Positions 49,656 to 62,469 of a stretch of DNA of 64,000 nt are shown in pieces. Position numbers and translations under genes: made by a program. The first letter of the stretch is position 1; each line of letters begins with the position of its first letter. The notes below the pieces were generated by a model. It was given only the letters and a program-made list of their open reading frames with translations, made no database searches and was not told the origin of the DNA. The stretch is from Chiloscyllium plagiosum (lineage: Eukaryota), in NCBI RefSeq assembly GCF_004010195.1, contig NC_057726.1, forward strand, positions 69,947,468 to 70,011,467. Direction: 5' to 3'.

Positions 49656-50787
49656 TATCCATTTAGGATCAAAAAAGGGATAAATCAGGGTAATTTTTCA
49701 CTGGTATTAATTTAAATACAGTGGATGTCCAAAGAGACTTGGTGGTCCAGCTGCAAAGGTCTTTAAAATGTCATGAACAGGTACAGAAAGTAATGAAAAA
49801 AGCTATAGAAATGCTGGCCTTCGTACCAAGATGACTGGAGTGCAAATGTTCCAAACTCCCTTCCACCTATGGCAATGAATTCTAGATCAGTTATTAAATT
49901 GAAATCTGAGAGAGATTTTATTTTATGATACAAAAGTGTAAAGGGATATGGACCAAATTCAAATTTATGGAGTTTGGCCACGGATCAGCCGGGATCTCAT
50001 TGAACAACTGAACACTCTGGAGGGGCTGAATGACCTCATCCTGTTCTTCTGTTCTACATTGATACCACATCTTTGCCACAGCATGACTGCTGACAAGTTC
50101 ATTCACCAGTTAGCTATATGTTTCTCACTTAACCTCCATTTGTACATAATCTTGGCTCCAGTTTGTCTACAACTTCCCCAAGTTCAGATTGAAGCATTGG
50201 TAGTGTGAATGGTATCTACATTAAGTATCAAATTACCTATTTTAAAGTAAATCATCCAGTATTACTTCAGCAATTCTTTGTTTTTGAGACAGCTCTGTGT
50301 TGCCATTTCAATCCACAATCAAAAATACAGGAGAATAAGACGATACACTCTTTACACTAATTCGAAGTTTTAAATAAAGGGAAGTTATTGGCAAGTATCT
50401 GGCAAATGGATATAAGTGAGTAAATTGTAAATTTTACCAAGAATATTCCCAAAAAAAGTTGTCAATTTGGTGAGACATTTCAGAGTTCTGAAAAAAAGAA
50501 CTCACATTTCTTGGTGTGCAGGTATCCGATGTTTGTCTCTATGTAAAACAAATATTAATTAAAATCACTGGAACGTGATCGGGTACTGCGAAGAAAAAAT
50601 GTTGATTAATTTATTGTTGTCACATGTACTGAGATACAGTGAAAAGTGTTGAATTGTGTGCTTTACAGGCAGATTGTACCGTACAAAGTACATCAGAGTA
50701 ACAAAAGAGTGCAGCTGAGAGATCAAAATTAGCATCTGAGAAGTCTGTCCTAAAGTCTGATAACATAAGGGTAAAAGTTGTTCTTGA

Positions 50788-51510
50788 GCTGAAAATGTGT
50801 TGCTGGAAATGCGCAGCAGGTCAGGCAGCATCCAGGGAACAGGAGAATCGACATTTTGGGCATTAGCCCTTCTTCAGGAATGAGGAAAGTGTGTCCAGCA
50901 GGCTAAGATAAAAGGTAGGGAGGAGGGACTTGGGGGAGGTGCGTTGGAAATGCGATAGGTGGTTTGGAGTAAGTTGAGGGTGATAGGCCGGAGTGGGGTG
51001 GGGGCGGAGAGGTCAGGAAGAAGATTGCAGGTTAGGAAGGNNNNNNNNNNNNNNNNNNNNNNNNNNNNNNNNNNNNNNNNNNNNNNNNNNNNNNNNNNNN
51101 NNNNNNNNNNNNNNNNNNNNNNNNNNNNNNNNNNNNNNNNNNNNNNNNNNNNNNNNNNNNNNNNNNNNNNNNNNNNNNNNNNNNNNNNNNNNNNNNNNNN
51201 NNNNNNNNNNNNNNNNNNNNNNNNNNNNNNNNNNNNNNNNNNNNNNNNNNNNNNNNNNNNNNNNNNNNNNNNNNNNNNNNNNNNNNNNNNNNNNNNNNNN
51301 NNNNNNNNNNNNNNNNNNNNNNNNNNNNNNNNNNNNNNNNNNNNNNGATAGGGGAGGGGAGGGAAATATATCCTTGGTGGTGGGGTCAGTTTGGAGGTGG
51401 CGGAAATGATGGCGGATGATACGCTGTACATGGAGGTTGGTGGGGTGGTAGGTGAGGACCAGTGGGGTTCTGTCCTGGTGGCGGTTGGAGGGGCGGGGCT
51501 CAAGGGCGGT
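50788..51510 (-). mobile_element. Penelope-like element fragment (contains an N gap at 51041-51346)
   Basis: DRTPLVLTYHPTNL...HFRHLQTDPTT motif and a pLTR like 63390-63640. Confidence 0.85.
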
Positions 51511-51611
51511 AGGTGAATTGCAAAAGATCAAGGCAATTTGGTGGACTGGAGTTGATGTGATCCATGACTAACCTTTCAAGGTACTTCATAATTTTGGAGG
51601 CCAGAGACACT

Positions 51612-51832
51612 GGTCTGCGTGGGTTTCCTCCGGGTGCTCCGGTTTCCTCCCACAGTCCAAAGATGTGCAGGTTAGGTGAATTGACCATGCTAAATTGCCC
51701 GTAGTGTTAGGTAAGGGGTAAATGTAGGGATATGGGTGGGTTGCGCTTCGGCGGGTCGGTGTGGACTTGTTGGGCCGAAGGGCCTGTTTCCACACTGTAA
51801 TGTAATCTAATGTAATCTAATCTAATCTAATA
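51612..51832 (+). mobile_element. HE1/V-SINE 3' part with (TCTAA)n-type tail
   Basis: V-domain sequence gggtttcctccgggtgctccggtttcctcccacagtccaaagatgtgcagg. Confidence 0.9.
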
Positions 51833-53651
51833 GTCGGTGACACACATAGCATGATCTTTCTTTGTTACCGAGATGATGGTGGTCTTCTTGAAGCAGGTGG
51901 GAACTTCAGATCTCAGTAAGTAGAGGTTAAACATTTCTGTGTATACTCCTGCCTGCTAGTCTGCACTGGATCTGAATGCATGGTCAGGGATTCCGACAGG
52001 AGGTGGAGAAGTCAACTTTTCCAGTACAATCCTCTCTCAGGAATGGAGGTAGTGGTAGGGAGAGCTGCGGATAAACCAGATGGGGAAAGGGTTCTGGGTG
52101 GAGAGAGGGGCGGAATGATGAGTTAGTGATAGGTGAATACAGGTGGTGGATATGACCTGTTTGGTCAATGGGAGGAGTGGACCGATCGAACATCTGCTGC
52201 AGTGACTGTGGGAGCAGGTGCATCTGCGGCGGTTGCGATAGGTGACATGGTTTCAGTAACCTTCTGTTCAAAGTGACCACAGAATGCATTGAGATCATTG
52301 AGAAGGAATGTGGTGTTGCCTGCAATTCTATTTGCCTTTCCTTTGGAAGCTGGTGCAAGCCTTGACATAAACAATGGATGTCTGTGTGGTTGGTCGGGGT
52401 GTCAAGCTTAGTTTTTTATTGCCTCTTGACATCTCTGATGGCCTTCTGAAGGTCATAGTTGGATTTTCCCGATAGTCCAGAGCTGTCGGACTTGTATTGC
52501 TCTGACCTGAAACTCAATATGGAGTGTTTCTCCCGGATCATCCATGATTTCCGGTTGGGAGACCCTCCAGATCACTCATGAAAAACAGCAAAGTAAGGAG
52601 GTTATATTTAGTACACATGGCATTACTGAGTTAATATCTGGCATCATGTGTACAATAGTGCTCTTGTTAATTAAGGAAAGATGTAAAGGCTTTGACAGCC
52701 AGGACAGAGATGGTTTACCAGAATAATATTTCGAAGAGACCCATTGATTTATAAGGATTGGTTGGAAAGTCTAGGCTAAGCCTTTAGAAGAATAAGTCAA
52801 ATTGACTGAAACATATAGAATCCAAAGTGGGTCTTAGCAAGGTTCATGTTATCAGAATGTTTACAATTGGGGGAGGTTGGAGAATTAATGGCAGTTTCAT
52901 AAATGTGAAGACTCCTTCATGTAACACATCGTTGAGGAGAACATCTTATTCTCACACCAAAAGACTAATATCTTTCCATCAAATGTCCTTCAAAGGCGGG
53001 GAAGCAGAGTATTTGATTTTTTTTTCAAGTGCAAACTCGACAAAGATTTGTTCAGATTGGGGTGCTTGGGAGTTGGGGGCGGGGGGTGGAATTTTTCTGA
53101 CGGTCCTTAAATTCATCGTTGCTTCGCTCAGTTAGGAATATTAAATGTGATTCTTTGAAATAGCACACTGGTATTTGTTCTTCTCATACAGTCCACATAT
53201 CCCCTACAGAGGGAAAGACTGGCTTGAATGATCAGCTCGAGCCGTACACAGCGAATGACAAACTATTGCACTGAACTTCAGCAAAAGGAACAAAGAATCA
53301 GGTTCCAGATCAATGAACCGCATGTTACGTTGCACTATGACAGTGTCTGTCCAAGTCTTTCAAGTTCTTGCAAACTATCAGCCAGTTCATGCTCTGTCTC
53401 TCCGGCAAATACATCAACATGTTCCTGAGTATTGCACTTTTCTGTCTCTTTATTCTGACACCAATTTTTCCAGGTATTCTCTCTCTTTCTACAGTATATT
53501 GCCTTTCTGTAAAGTCGACCTGTTATTTAATATTTATTTAATATATCGTGCACTGTTCTCATTTGGACATATTAAGTCAATTACTGAACTCCACTCTTTT
53601 AACTCTTTTATATAATCTTGCTAATTTGTTTGTGAATGTCTCTTTCTGTAG

Positions 53652-53964
53652 GTTCTGGGGTAATCTTGGTCAACGTGACCCAATTTCCCGGGAGCGTGAC
53701 TGAAACTGTGGATGCAAATGTGTCCTTCCATTGCTTGATTCCTTTATTTCTAGTCGGCCACGCTGTTAAGGTGGAAGCAAGGTGATCCTCATTATCTACA
53801 CGCGGAACAAGATGACCAAAAAGTAACTGGCCACAAAAATAAATACAGTGGCTTCCTTCAGATAATCAATGTCAGTGTACAGGACAGAGGAATGCACTAT
53901 TGTACAATCGTCCAACAAGGCAAATTGATTGGAAACAGAGCAGGATCCAATTTAACAGTGTGGG
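53652..53964 (+). pseudogene. Gene C: VJ exon with 8-nt deletion (frameshift)
   Basis: Paralogue of 22379-22699, 313 vs 321 nt. Loss of cgtaacct just before the C-strand Trp gives an early TGA. YYC changed to HYC. Splice sites retained. Confidence 0.9.
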
Positions 53965-54810
53965 GTATGCATGAAAGCAAAAGGTAAGCGATTCTCGGGT
54001 GTGCTTGGAAAGGTTCACATTACAGGATTTATTAAAAATGTATTTGATATTGTATGTTCTTCAATGAGAAGTTAACATTTTTGTCCAACCGCAATTATCC
54101 TTGAACTGAGTGGTTTCCTTGGTCAGTTGGGAGAGTTGTTGAGAGTCAGCAACGTTGCTGTATGTGTTGAGTTGCATAGTGTCCAAGCAGGTCCGAATGG
54201 TAGGCAGTGTGCGTGCGCTCCTTGGAGACATCTCCACAGTTCCCGATACATGCCCACATTTAAGTTGCATTGCTGACTGCTGTACTTTATGTTCAGTGTT
54301 TCAATACGTTAGAATGATGTATCAGCAGTTGTACCTGAATTATGCAGCCGTGAGACATAAACAGGAATCTCAAGTACTATTGCAATATGAAGAAAAGATA
54401 CATGGCCTGATCAAGGGTCATCCAAATGTTTCCTTGCTTTCTCTCCGTGGGTGCTGCCTGACCCGCTGTGATCGCCAGCATTTGTTGCTTTCAGTACAGA
54501 TTCCAGTATCTGGAGTAATTTGCTCCGAAATTGCAATGATATTGGTTCAGAGCAATAGCCCGTCGCGGGCGAAACAGATTTGATCATATTTGATGATTTA
54601 TTTTTTACATCCCCTTTACTTAAAGTTTGTAGTTGAGAACAAGTTTCCCTGGTGCCCAAGTTTTAACCTTTTTCACAGTTGCTGCCAGACCTGTTGAGTT
54701 TCTCCTGCAATTTCTGTTTATTTTTGTTGATGACGTTTCTTGACGGGCTTAACTTTTTAGGCGAAAGTGAGGATTGCAGATGCTAGAGGCTAGAATCAAG
54801 AGTGTGGTGC

Positions 54811-55280
54811 TGGAAAAGCACAGCAGGTCAGGCAGCATCCGAGAGGCAGGAGACTGGAAATGTACCGCAGGTCAGGCAGTATCCGAGGAGCAGGAATCTG
54901 GAAAAGCACAGCAGGTCAGGCAGCATCCGAGGGGCAGGAGATTGGAAAAGCACAGCAGTTCAGGCAGCATCCGAGGAGCAGGAGACTAGAAAAGCACAGC
55001 ACGTCAGGCAGCATCCGAGGGGCAGGAGACTGGAAAAGCACAGCAGGTCAGGCAGTATCCGAGGAGCAGGAATCTGGAAAAGCACAGCAGGTCAGGCAGC
55101 ATCCGAAGGGCAGGAGATTGGAAAAGCACAGCACGTTAGGCATCATCCGAGGGGCAGGAGACTGGAAAAGCACAGCAAGTCAGGCAGTATCCGAGGGGCA
55201 AGAGACTGCAAAAGCACAGCAGGTCAGGCAGTATCCGAGGGGCAGGAGACTGGAAAAGCACAGCAGGTCAGGCAGAATTC
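54811..55280. repeat. About 11 x 44-bp Penelope pLTR-derived minisatellite
   Basis: Expanded orthologue of the roughly 4-unit array at about 23563-23720. Confidence 0.9.
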
Positions 55281-55907
55281 CTGATGAAGGACTTTTACCC
55301 GAAACGTCGAAGATCCGGCACCTCGATTTCTGCCTGACCTGCTCTGCTTTTCCAGGACCACACTCCGAAATCATTATTTTTTTCGGTGTGATTTTAATAG
55401 GTAAATATTAAAATTTTGAAAGCTGAAATTTCTAAAATCTAAAAACTGCTGGAGCCACCATCCTGTACATTCCACATGCTTTTGCCTTGCAATAAGTAAG
55501 TGACTACGTTGGCTTCCGTGTCAGTTATGGATCAGTTAATTTCTTCCTCTGTTGTTATATCACTTTGTGTTGAAAATATGCCGTTATCACTGCTGCCTTA
55601 TTGCACCACCGGCGATAATAAATTATGAATCCAATTCAGGAGCCTCTCGACAGAGAAAAACTGAGATCTGTAACAACAGCGGTCCACGTTTCCTTGCCAG
55701 CGCTTTGTCCGGGGATGAGTTAGTATTCCCATTGATACTGTACTATGTTCGCACCAACAGGGCGCATTGTCCAACCATCACCACCATGAGCACTTTCCCC
55801 CAGAACTGGATAGTAACTGTCCAGTAATGGGCTGAAACAAAGGTTTGGGCTGTAATCGTCTTCTGATGTTGAGGTCACTTTCTTTTTCTTCCTGTTCACT
55901 TCCCGAG

Positions 55908-56219
55908 TTCCACCGACTCCACTGAATATTCTCTCTCAGCAGCCCGGAAAAGATCCATCCGTAAGTCTTGCTGTTTTATGCTCCACATCTCCCTTTTACC
56001 CGAGGGATATCAGTTTTACTTGGAACAAAGATGGCAGTAAAACTACAATAGGAATCATTACAGTCATTCGAACAACAGACGACAGATTGTACGAAGCATC
56101 GAGCTGGTTGGAAGAAACGCAGGTAATCCGAGCCGGAAATGTTTACAGCTGCATGGTATCCCACAGCACCCTCCAAAGTTCAGCTGCGGTCAGTCACATC
56201 GTAATGAAGGACAACCCGG
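55908..56219 (+). pseudogene. Gene C: C1-set exon (open frame, weak GAG acceptor)
   Basis: 312 nt, 22 substitutions relative to gene B's C1 exon (hand count). Donor G|gtaaga. Confidence 0.88.
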
Positions 56220-57394
56220 GTAAGAATTCTACTGGAACCATATCATTAATAATGCACATCAAATCTGTGATACATATAATCATACTGCACGGAAACAGAC
56301 CCTTAATCTAACCGGTCCATGCCGAAAATAATCCCAAACTAAACTATTCCCATCCGCCAGCTCTTGTCCGTAATCCGGCCAAACTTTTCCCATTTATGTA
56401 CTAATCCAAATGTGTTTTAAACGTTGTAATAGTCCCCACATCCATAACTTCCTCAGGAAGTTCATTCCACATGCGAAGCAACTTCGTTGTAAAAATATTG
56501 CCCCCATGCCTTTTTTAAAATCTCTCTCTTCTCACCTTAAAAATGTGCGCCCCTAGTTTTGAAATCGCCCATTCTAGGGAAAATATAACGACCCTTCACC
56601 GTATCTGTACCCCTCAGTATTTTATGAACTTCTATCAGGTCACCTCTCAACCTCCTCATCTCCAGGGAAAGAAGTCCCAACCTTGTCCGCTTTAGAATCC
56701 TACTGGAACCATGTCAATAATAATGCACACTGAGACCGGGATCCAAGAACCGTTTCATTGCTGGTGCTGGGTGGTTTGGACCCTTACCGCAATTTGTTAT
56801 TAATAATTCAAGAAAATATTCAATGTCTGTTGTCCACATATTCTATGCAAACTCTTCATTTTTTCTAGAATCCGTGTGTAGAGTTTTATGGGTTTTCTCT
56901 CCTTTTTGCCCTGAGAATATTGTAAACATACGCTTTTAGACGACATATGCGGTCTTTAGATGAAGAGTTCCAGTTTGATTTTCGAGTACACTAACCTACC
57001 TCCGCTATCATATTAAAACCCGAACTTCTGCAATCTCCCTAAATCCTGAAGGCGTGCATTCATGGAAATGTTCTCTGTATCTTGCTCACGGTCTTGAGAC
57101 ATGATTGGCAAACCCTATTGGCCAGAATTAAGTTTAATACTGCAATCGTGATATTCAATCGTTTCATGTAAATCTGCTTTTATTGTTCAATATAATTGCC
57201 ACCGAGTACATCACAATAGCACCCTATCATCTTGCTGTTTTAATACTCGGCATCTCCTTTTTACCCAAGGAATATAATTTTGACTTGGTACAAAGAAAGC
57301 AGAAAAACTACACCAGAACTAAACAGTTATTCAAACAATGGACGATAGACTATACAATGCAGAGACAGCTGAATATGCATCTTGACGTTTGTTT

Positions 57395-57648
57395 GATTAG
57401 ATTAGACTACATTCTCTCCAGTGTGGAAACAGGCCCTTCGGCTCAACAAGTCCACACCGACCCTCCGAAGAGTAACCGCCCAGACCCATTTCCCTCAGAC
57501 TAATGCACCTAACACTATGGGCAATCTAGCATGGCCATTAACCTAACTTGTGCATCTTTGGACTGTGGGAGGAAACCGCAGCACCCGGAGGAAACCCACG
57601 GAGACACGGGGAGAATGTGCAAACTCCAGTCAGACAGTTGCCCGAGGT
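57395..57648 (-). mobile_element. HE1/V-SINE, 5'-truncated
   Basis: V-domain match. Confidence 0.85.
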
Positions 57649-58309
57649 TCTACCTTATTGCCTCAGAATAATGCATTTAGAATTTATTGCCTCTCCCAGT
57701 TGTTTCGCCAAAATGTGCAGTCCATCCGCAATTTGCAATCAACAGCACGTGGGTTTTATAATTTTAAGTGTCCACCTGTGTGTGGCTTTAACATCAGCTC
57801 CAGCACTCCGCACAATCGACCACTACACGGTCATCACTATATATTTTTTCATCCATGAACCTCGAAATTGACTCGCAATATTCAAGTTAAAGTCGTTTAC
57901 AAAGTAATTCAGTGAAGATTTTATCATCAGAGTCCTGAAGGACCCAATAAGAAATTACCATTTGTAAATATATTGCTCAATTTTGAGTTAAGAGTATAGT
58001 CTGTGGGTGCGCTGACTAGACAGGCTTTTCATAACACACCCAAAGAGATTGTTACGTACTTTTTAAAGCACTTTGGAACCGCGGGCACTGAAGTTGTGAT
58101 AAATTAAAAACTAGGGTGACTAAACTTATCTGTCATGCAGTCATTCTTAGATCCACAAACTCCACAGAAGACAAAATGTCAGCTACCTGAAAATGATAGA
58201 CTAACATGCTTGGTTGACATTCGTTGGTCACAAATTCGAGGCTGTGTAAAAAACAATTTCATTTATGTTCTATGTTCCTAAAATACTTTTAGATTAGAAT
58301 CAATCTAAA

Positions 58310-58690
58310 CATCATGGCATAGACAGAGACCACAGGGGGCGAACACCTTCAACATATTGTCTAGCTATCACCATTGTTAACAGCTAACCCGAGAATGCAA
58401 CTTTTTTAAAAAGGTTTCGTGATTTACACGTTAAAGAAGTGAAACTATCACTGTATTCTAACAGATGAAAGGCTTAACAGACAATCAATTTTTCAATGTA
58501 TAATTTCAGTTACATCACACTGTAAATTTTTGCTATAAATCCTGTGTGTTAGGATTGAGCCCTCCACTACCCCCGATGAAGGAGCGACGTTCCGAAAGCT
58601 AGTGTGCTTCCAATTAAACCTGTGGACGATAACCTGGTGTTGTGAGATATTTAACTTTGTACATCTCCGTCCAACACCGGCATCTCCAAA
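58310..58690 (+). mobile_element. Second Penelope-like pLTR family fragment
   Basis: gatgaaggagcgacgttccgaaagctagtg hammerhead-like core. Related copies at 58915-59440 and 60970-61710. Confidence 0.6.
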
Positions 58691-59054
58691 CAATTTTGTT
58701 TCTGTTTGCATGCCTGACAAAAACATTGAGCACCTTGAAAATACAATTAATCCAAGGAGCATTGGCGTTTGATTATTATCCCTGAATCCAAAACGATGCC
58801 CACCGTAGCATTATTAAAAATACTCATTTCTACCACCAATATCATTTCGCCAGTCCAGCCTGATCATTCACCTTTATTTCATTGACCATACGGCGTACTG
58901 CTTTATGGTGGCTTTTATGATGTGGAGGTGTCGGTGATGGACCAAGTGGACAAGTCAGAAGGTCAGAAGTCACATGACACCAGGTTACTGTCCGTCAAGT
59001 TTAATTGAAATTACAAGCTTTGGCGACCCTGCTCCTTCACAGTTTACCTGCGAA

Positions 59055-59360
59055 TTAGATTACTTACAGTGTGGAAGCAGGCCCTTCGGCCCAACAAGTC
59101 CACACCGCCCCGCCGAAGCGCAACCCACCCATACCCCTACATTTACCCCTTACCTAACACTACGGGCAATTTAGCATGGCCAATTCACCTAACCTGCACA
59201 TCTTTGGACTGTGGGAGGAAACCGGAGCACCCGGAGGAAACCCACGCAGACACGGGGAGAACGTGCAAACTCCACACAGTCAGTCGCCTGAGGCGGGAAT
59301 TGAACCCAGGTCTCTGGCGCTGTGAGGCAGCAGTGCTAACCACTGTGCCACCGTGCCGCC
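59055..59360 (-). mobile_element. Full-length HE1/V-SINE
   Basis: tRNA head with A box (TGGCACAGTGG) and B box (GGTTCAATTCC), V-domain and LINE-like tail. Inserted into a pLTR fragment. Confidence 0.92.
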
Positions 59361-60382
59361 CGCGAAGTGGCGGTGCTTCAAAAGCTTGTGATTTCAAATA
59401 AACCTGTTGGACTGTAACCTGGTGTCGTGTGACTTCAGACCTGATGGTATTTAGTTGACACAATTGTCACTTTTATCCCGATGTTCTTTTGAAAATCAAT
59501 TCTCAGCCTAACCTCCACTCTAAAGAAAGGAATATGTTTCAAATGTTCAACCAAATCGATACAGAGAAAATAAATAATAATTTTAAAAACCCTCGATAAA
59601 CAATACTTTTTAGTGGATGTATTAATTGTGCAAGGAATATACAATTACAGAATTCTTACATTCTATTTAGAACCTGCTTGTAAGCATTTTCTTATTTTTC
59701 CCATGTAAAATAAATTATTCTGGAGCAGGCATATTGGTCAAATTCATGAGGAGATATATCGAAAACAAGCAAGCAGGTATTTCATAAAAGCCAAAAGAAC
59801 TGCAGTCACTGCTTAGCAGGTCTTGCAACATCAGTCGAGAGAAATCAGAACCAAGGAAGGGTCACTGAACCCAAAACGTAAATTCTGAGGTTTCTCCACC
59901 GATGCTGCCAGACCTGCTTAGCATTTCCAGCAATTTCTGTTTTTGAAGCAAAAATTACACTTTGTGAAATCAAAACTTCCAATAATTACACGAGAAAATT
60001 GATGTTGTATGATGGCGCGATTACATTAAAGAGCCATTGTATTTTACGCTTGAGTTATATTTTACTTCGATTGATAGAAAATGGAGCAATTTCTGTGAGC
60101 AATTTGCTGAATTCATGTGGAATAGTTGTGGTGTATTCTTAAATTTCATAGTGCAATTTATTCTACTTTAATATGAGGAATACAAGCCAGAGAACACAGA
60201 TAAATGTTTAACTCTGTGAATTCCAGGTTTATATTTTCGATGTTTATGGTTTTGCAGTTAGTGACTTAAGGAACAATTTATTTCAATCTTAATATTTAAT
60301 AGTGAATTAAATGGTTTCATAGAATTTGTTCGAGCATTTTATCGATAATAGTTTAATGACTCTTCTAAATGTTCCATTTTAG

Positions 60383-60483
60383 TCCACAGGTTCATAATTC
60401 CTTCGATTCGGTGTCTTATATTATGATGCTTCATGATTCTTGTTCTGACAATTATCATTATTGACTATTTCAAAAGCCTTTAA
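60383..60483 (+). pseudogene. Gene C: Arg-containing transmembrane/terminal exon with a nonsense codon
   Basis: gttccattttag|, phase 1 (matches the C1 exon): VHRFIIPSIRCLIL*CFMILVLTIIIIDYFKSL*. Confidence 0.6.
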
Positions 60484-62469
60484 AGACAATAATTCCAGAC
60501 CACGAACTTTTATTGAAACTCACGAGTGAAAAGTTGGTATAATATGAAAATTGGATTGCCAGAAACATTGAGAATGGAGGGAGAATATCTTGGAAAATGA
60601 AAATTAAAACTTATCTTTAGCAAATTCCAGCTTGTTCAACCCTCTGCGAGGATGTAATATAGTCATTGCAGTAAATGTGTTTTTTGTTTCATTCGTTTCC
60701 TTCCAGAACCCGTTTTCGAAAGTACTTCTGACTTTCCAGATTTTTTCTCTCTCAGGTGCTCATAGATTTTCTTTCTTATAAGTTTACACAATGACATTAA
60801 TATTTGACCACTTCAAAATTTACTTGTATGCAAAAAGCCTTAAAGATTGTTTATTTTAAAACAGGTCCTTTAATTTGCAATTTTACTCAAGTTATCAAAA
60901 ATTCATAGGTTTTAAAATAGAGCTTATATTAAATTTTAACAAACAGAAAAAATGTTTGATCTTGAGGAACGATGATGTGGAGATGCTGGTGTTGGACTGG
61001 GATGAATGAAGTTTAAAATCCCACAACACCAGGTTATAGTCCAACAGGTTTATTTGGAAGTACAACCTTTCGGAACGCTGCTCCTTCTTCAGGTAGCTAA
61101 TGTGGCAAGATCTTAGGACATAGAATTTATTGTTAAAGATCAAAATGTCACACAACTGATGTGATGTATTGAGCAAACTTATATTGCTGGTAAGTCCTTA
61201 TTCACATAGAATGGGGATGCAGGTTTTGATTGATTAATATGTAAATCCCAAAACTTCTTTCATGTCACAGATCAGAGATAACTTGAGGTACATTCTAATT
61301 TGTTCGATATACACATAATCTGTAGGCAGACTGTCCATGTGATATTTTATAAATTCCTAGTATGGAAATAGAACCAGTCTGACTCAAGTTTGGGATGCAG
61401 ACAGACTCTAACCTCACATCTTTAATGGATTGTCTGACCTGAGATGTCACTTTTCATTTATAAAATCTTAAGCTATCTTAGGACTGTGACTTGAAAGAAG
61501 TTCTGGGATTTATATTTTATTCAATCGAAACCTACACCCCCATACTAAGCGATTACATCAGTTGTATGTCACTTCGATCTTTTACAATAAAATCTGTGTC
61601 CAATGATCTTGTCCAACTAGTTGCCCGACTAAGGAGCAACGCTTCGAAAGTGTGTACTTCCAAATACATTATCTTGTATGATAATGTGGTGTTGTGTGAT
61701 CTTTAAATTTGAGGAGCAATATTAATGGGCAGTATGAAAAATGAATGTAGCTGTGTATGAAATCCTGCAAATATTTTTGCATTTAACATTGTTGAGATTT
61801 TGCAATAGTCATAAAGTCATATCGTCATGAGAGCTACAGCACAGAAAAGGGGGGGCTGATAAGTGGGGGAGATGGCCTGAAGAAGGGCTCATGCCCCAAA
61901 CGTCGATTCTCCTGCTCCTTGGATGCTGCCTGACCTGCTGCGCTTTTCCAGTAAAACATTTTCAGCTCCGATCTCCAGCATCTGCAGTCCTCAGTTCTCC
62001 ATGTGGTATTATCACTTGACTTTTAAGCCAGAAACGCAGAATAATATTCTGGGCACCTCGGATCGAATCCCACCACAGCAGATGGTGGAATTTGAATTCA
62101 ATAAGAAAAGTGCCTGGAATTAAGAGTCGACTGATGACTGTGAAACCATTGTCAGGAAAAAAAAACATTTGATTCACTAATGTTCTTTAGGGAAGGAAAT
62201 GTGCCATCAACAACTGGTCTGGCCTGTATGTGGCTTTGACCTTTTACAGCAAATTCTTTGTACTATGAAACACCAGCACCTCCATATCATTGCTCCTCAA
62301 GATCAAGTATTCAAACATTTTTTTTCTGTTCATTGCTGCACTGTCTTTAATGTTAACATTTAATTTAAATTCTATTTTTAAAAACCTACGAATTTGTGAT
62401 AACTTTAATAAAATTGCAAATTTAATGACCTGTATTAAAATAAATAATCATTAAGGCTTATTGCAAAGT

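Larger units (their letters stand above)
52365..56690 (+). repeat. Segmental duplication unit 2 (paralogous to about 21090-25130)
   Basis: Colinear high identity with unit 1. Confidence 0.95.

Noticed and set aside
54774-55411. Long repetitive ORFs (up to 183 aa)
   Set aside because: Translations of the 44-bp pLTR minisatellite, open in several frames.
59270-59360. tRNA gene
   Set aside because: It is the tRNA-derived head of an HE1 SINE, continuous with the SINE body.
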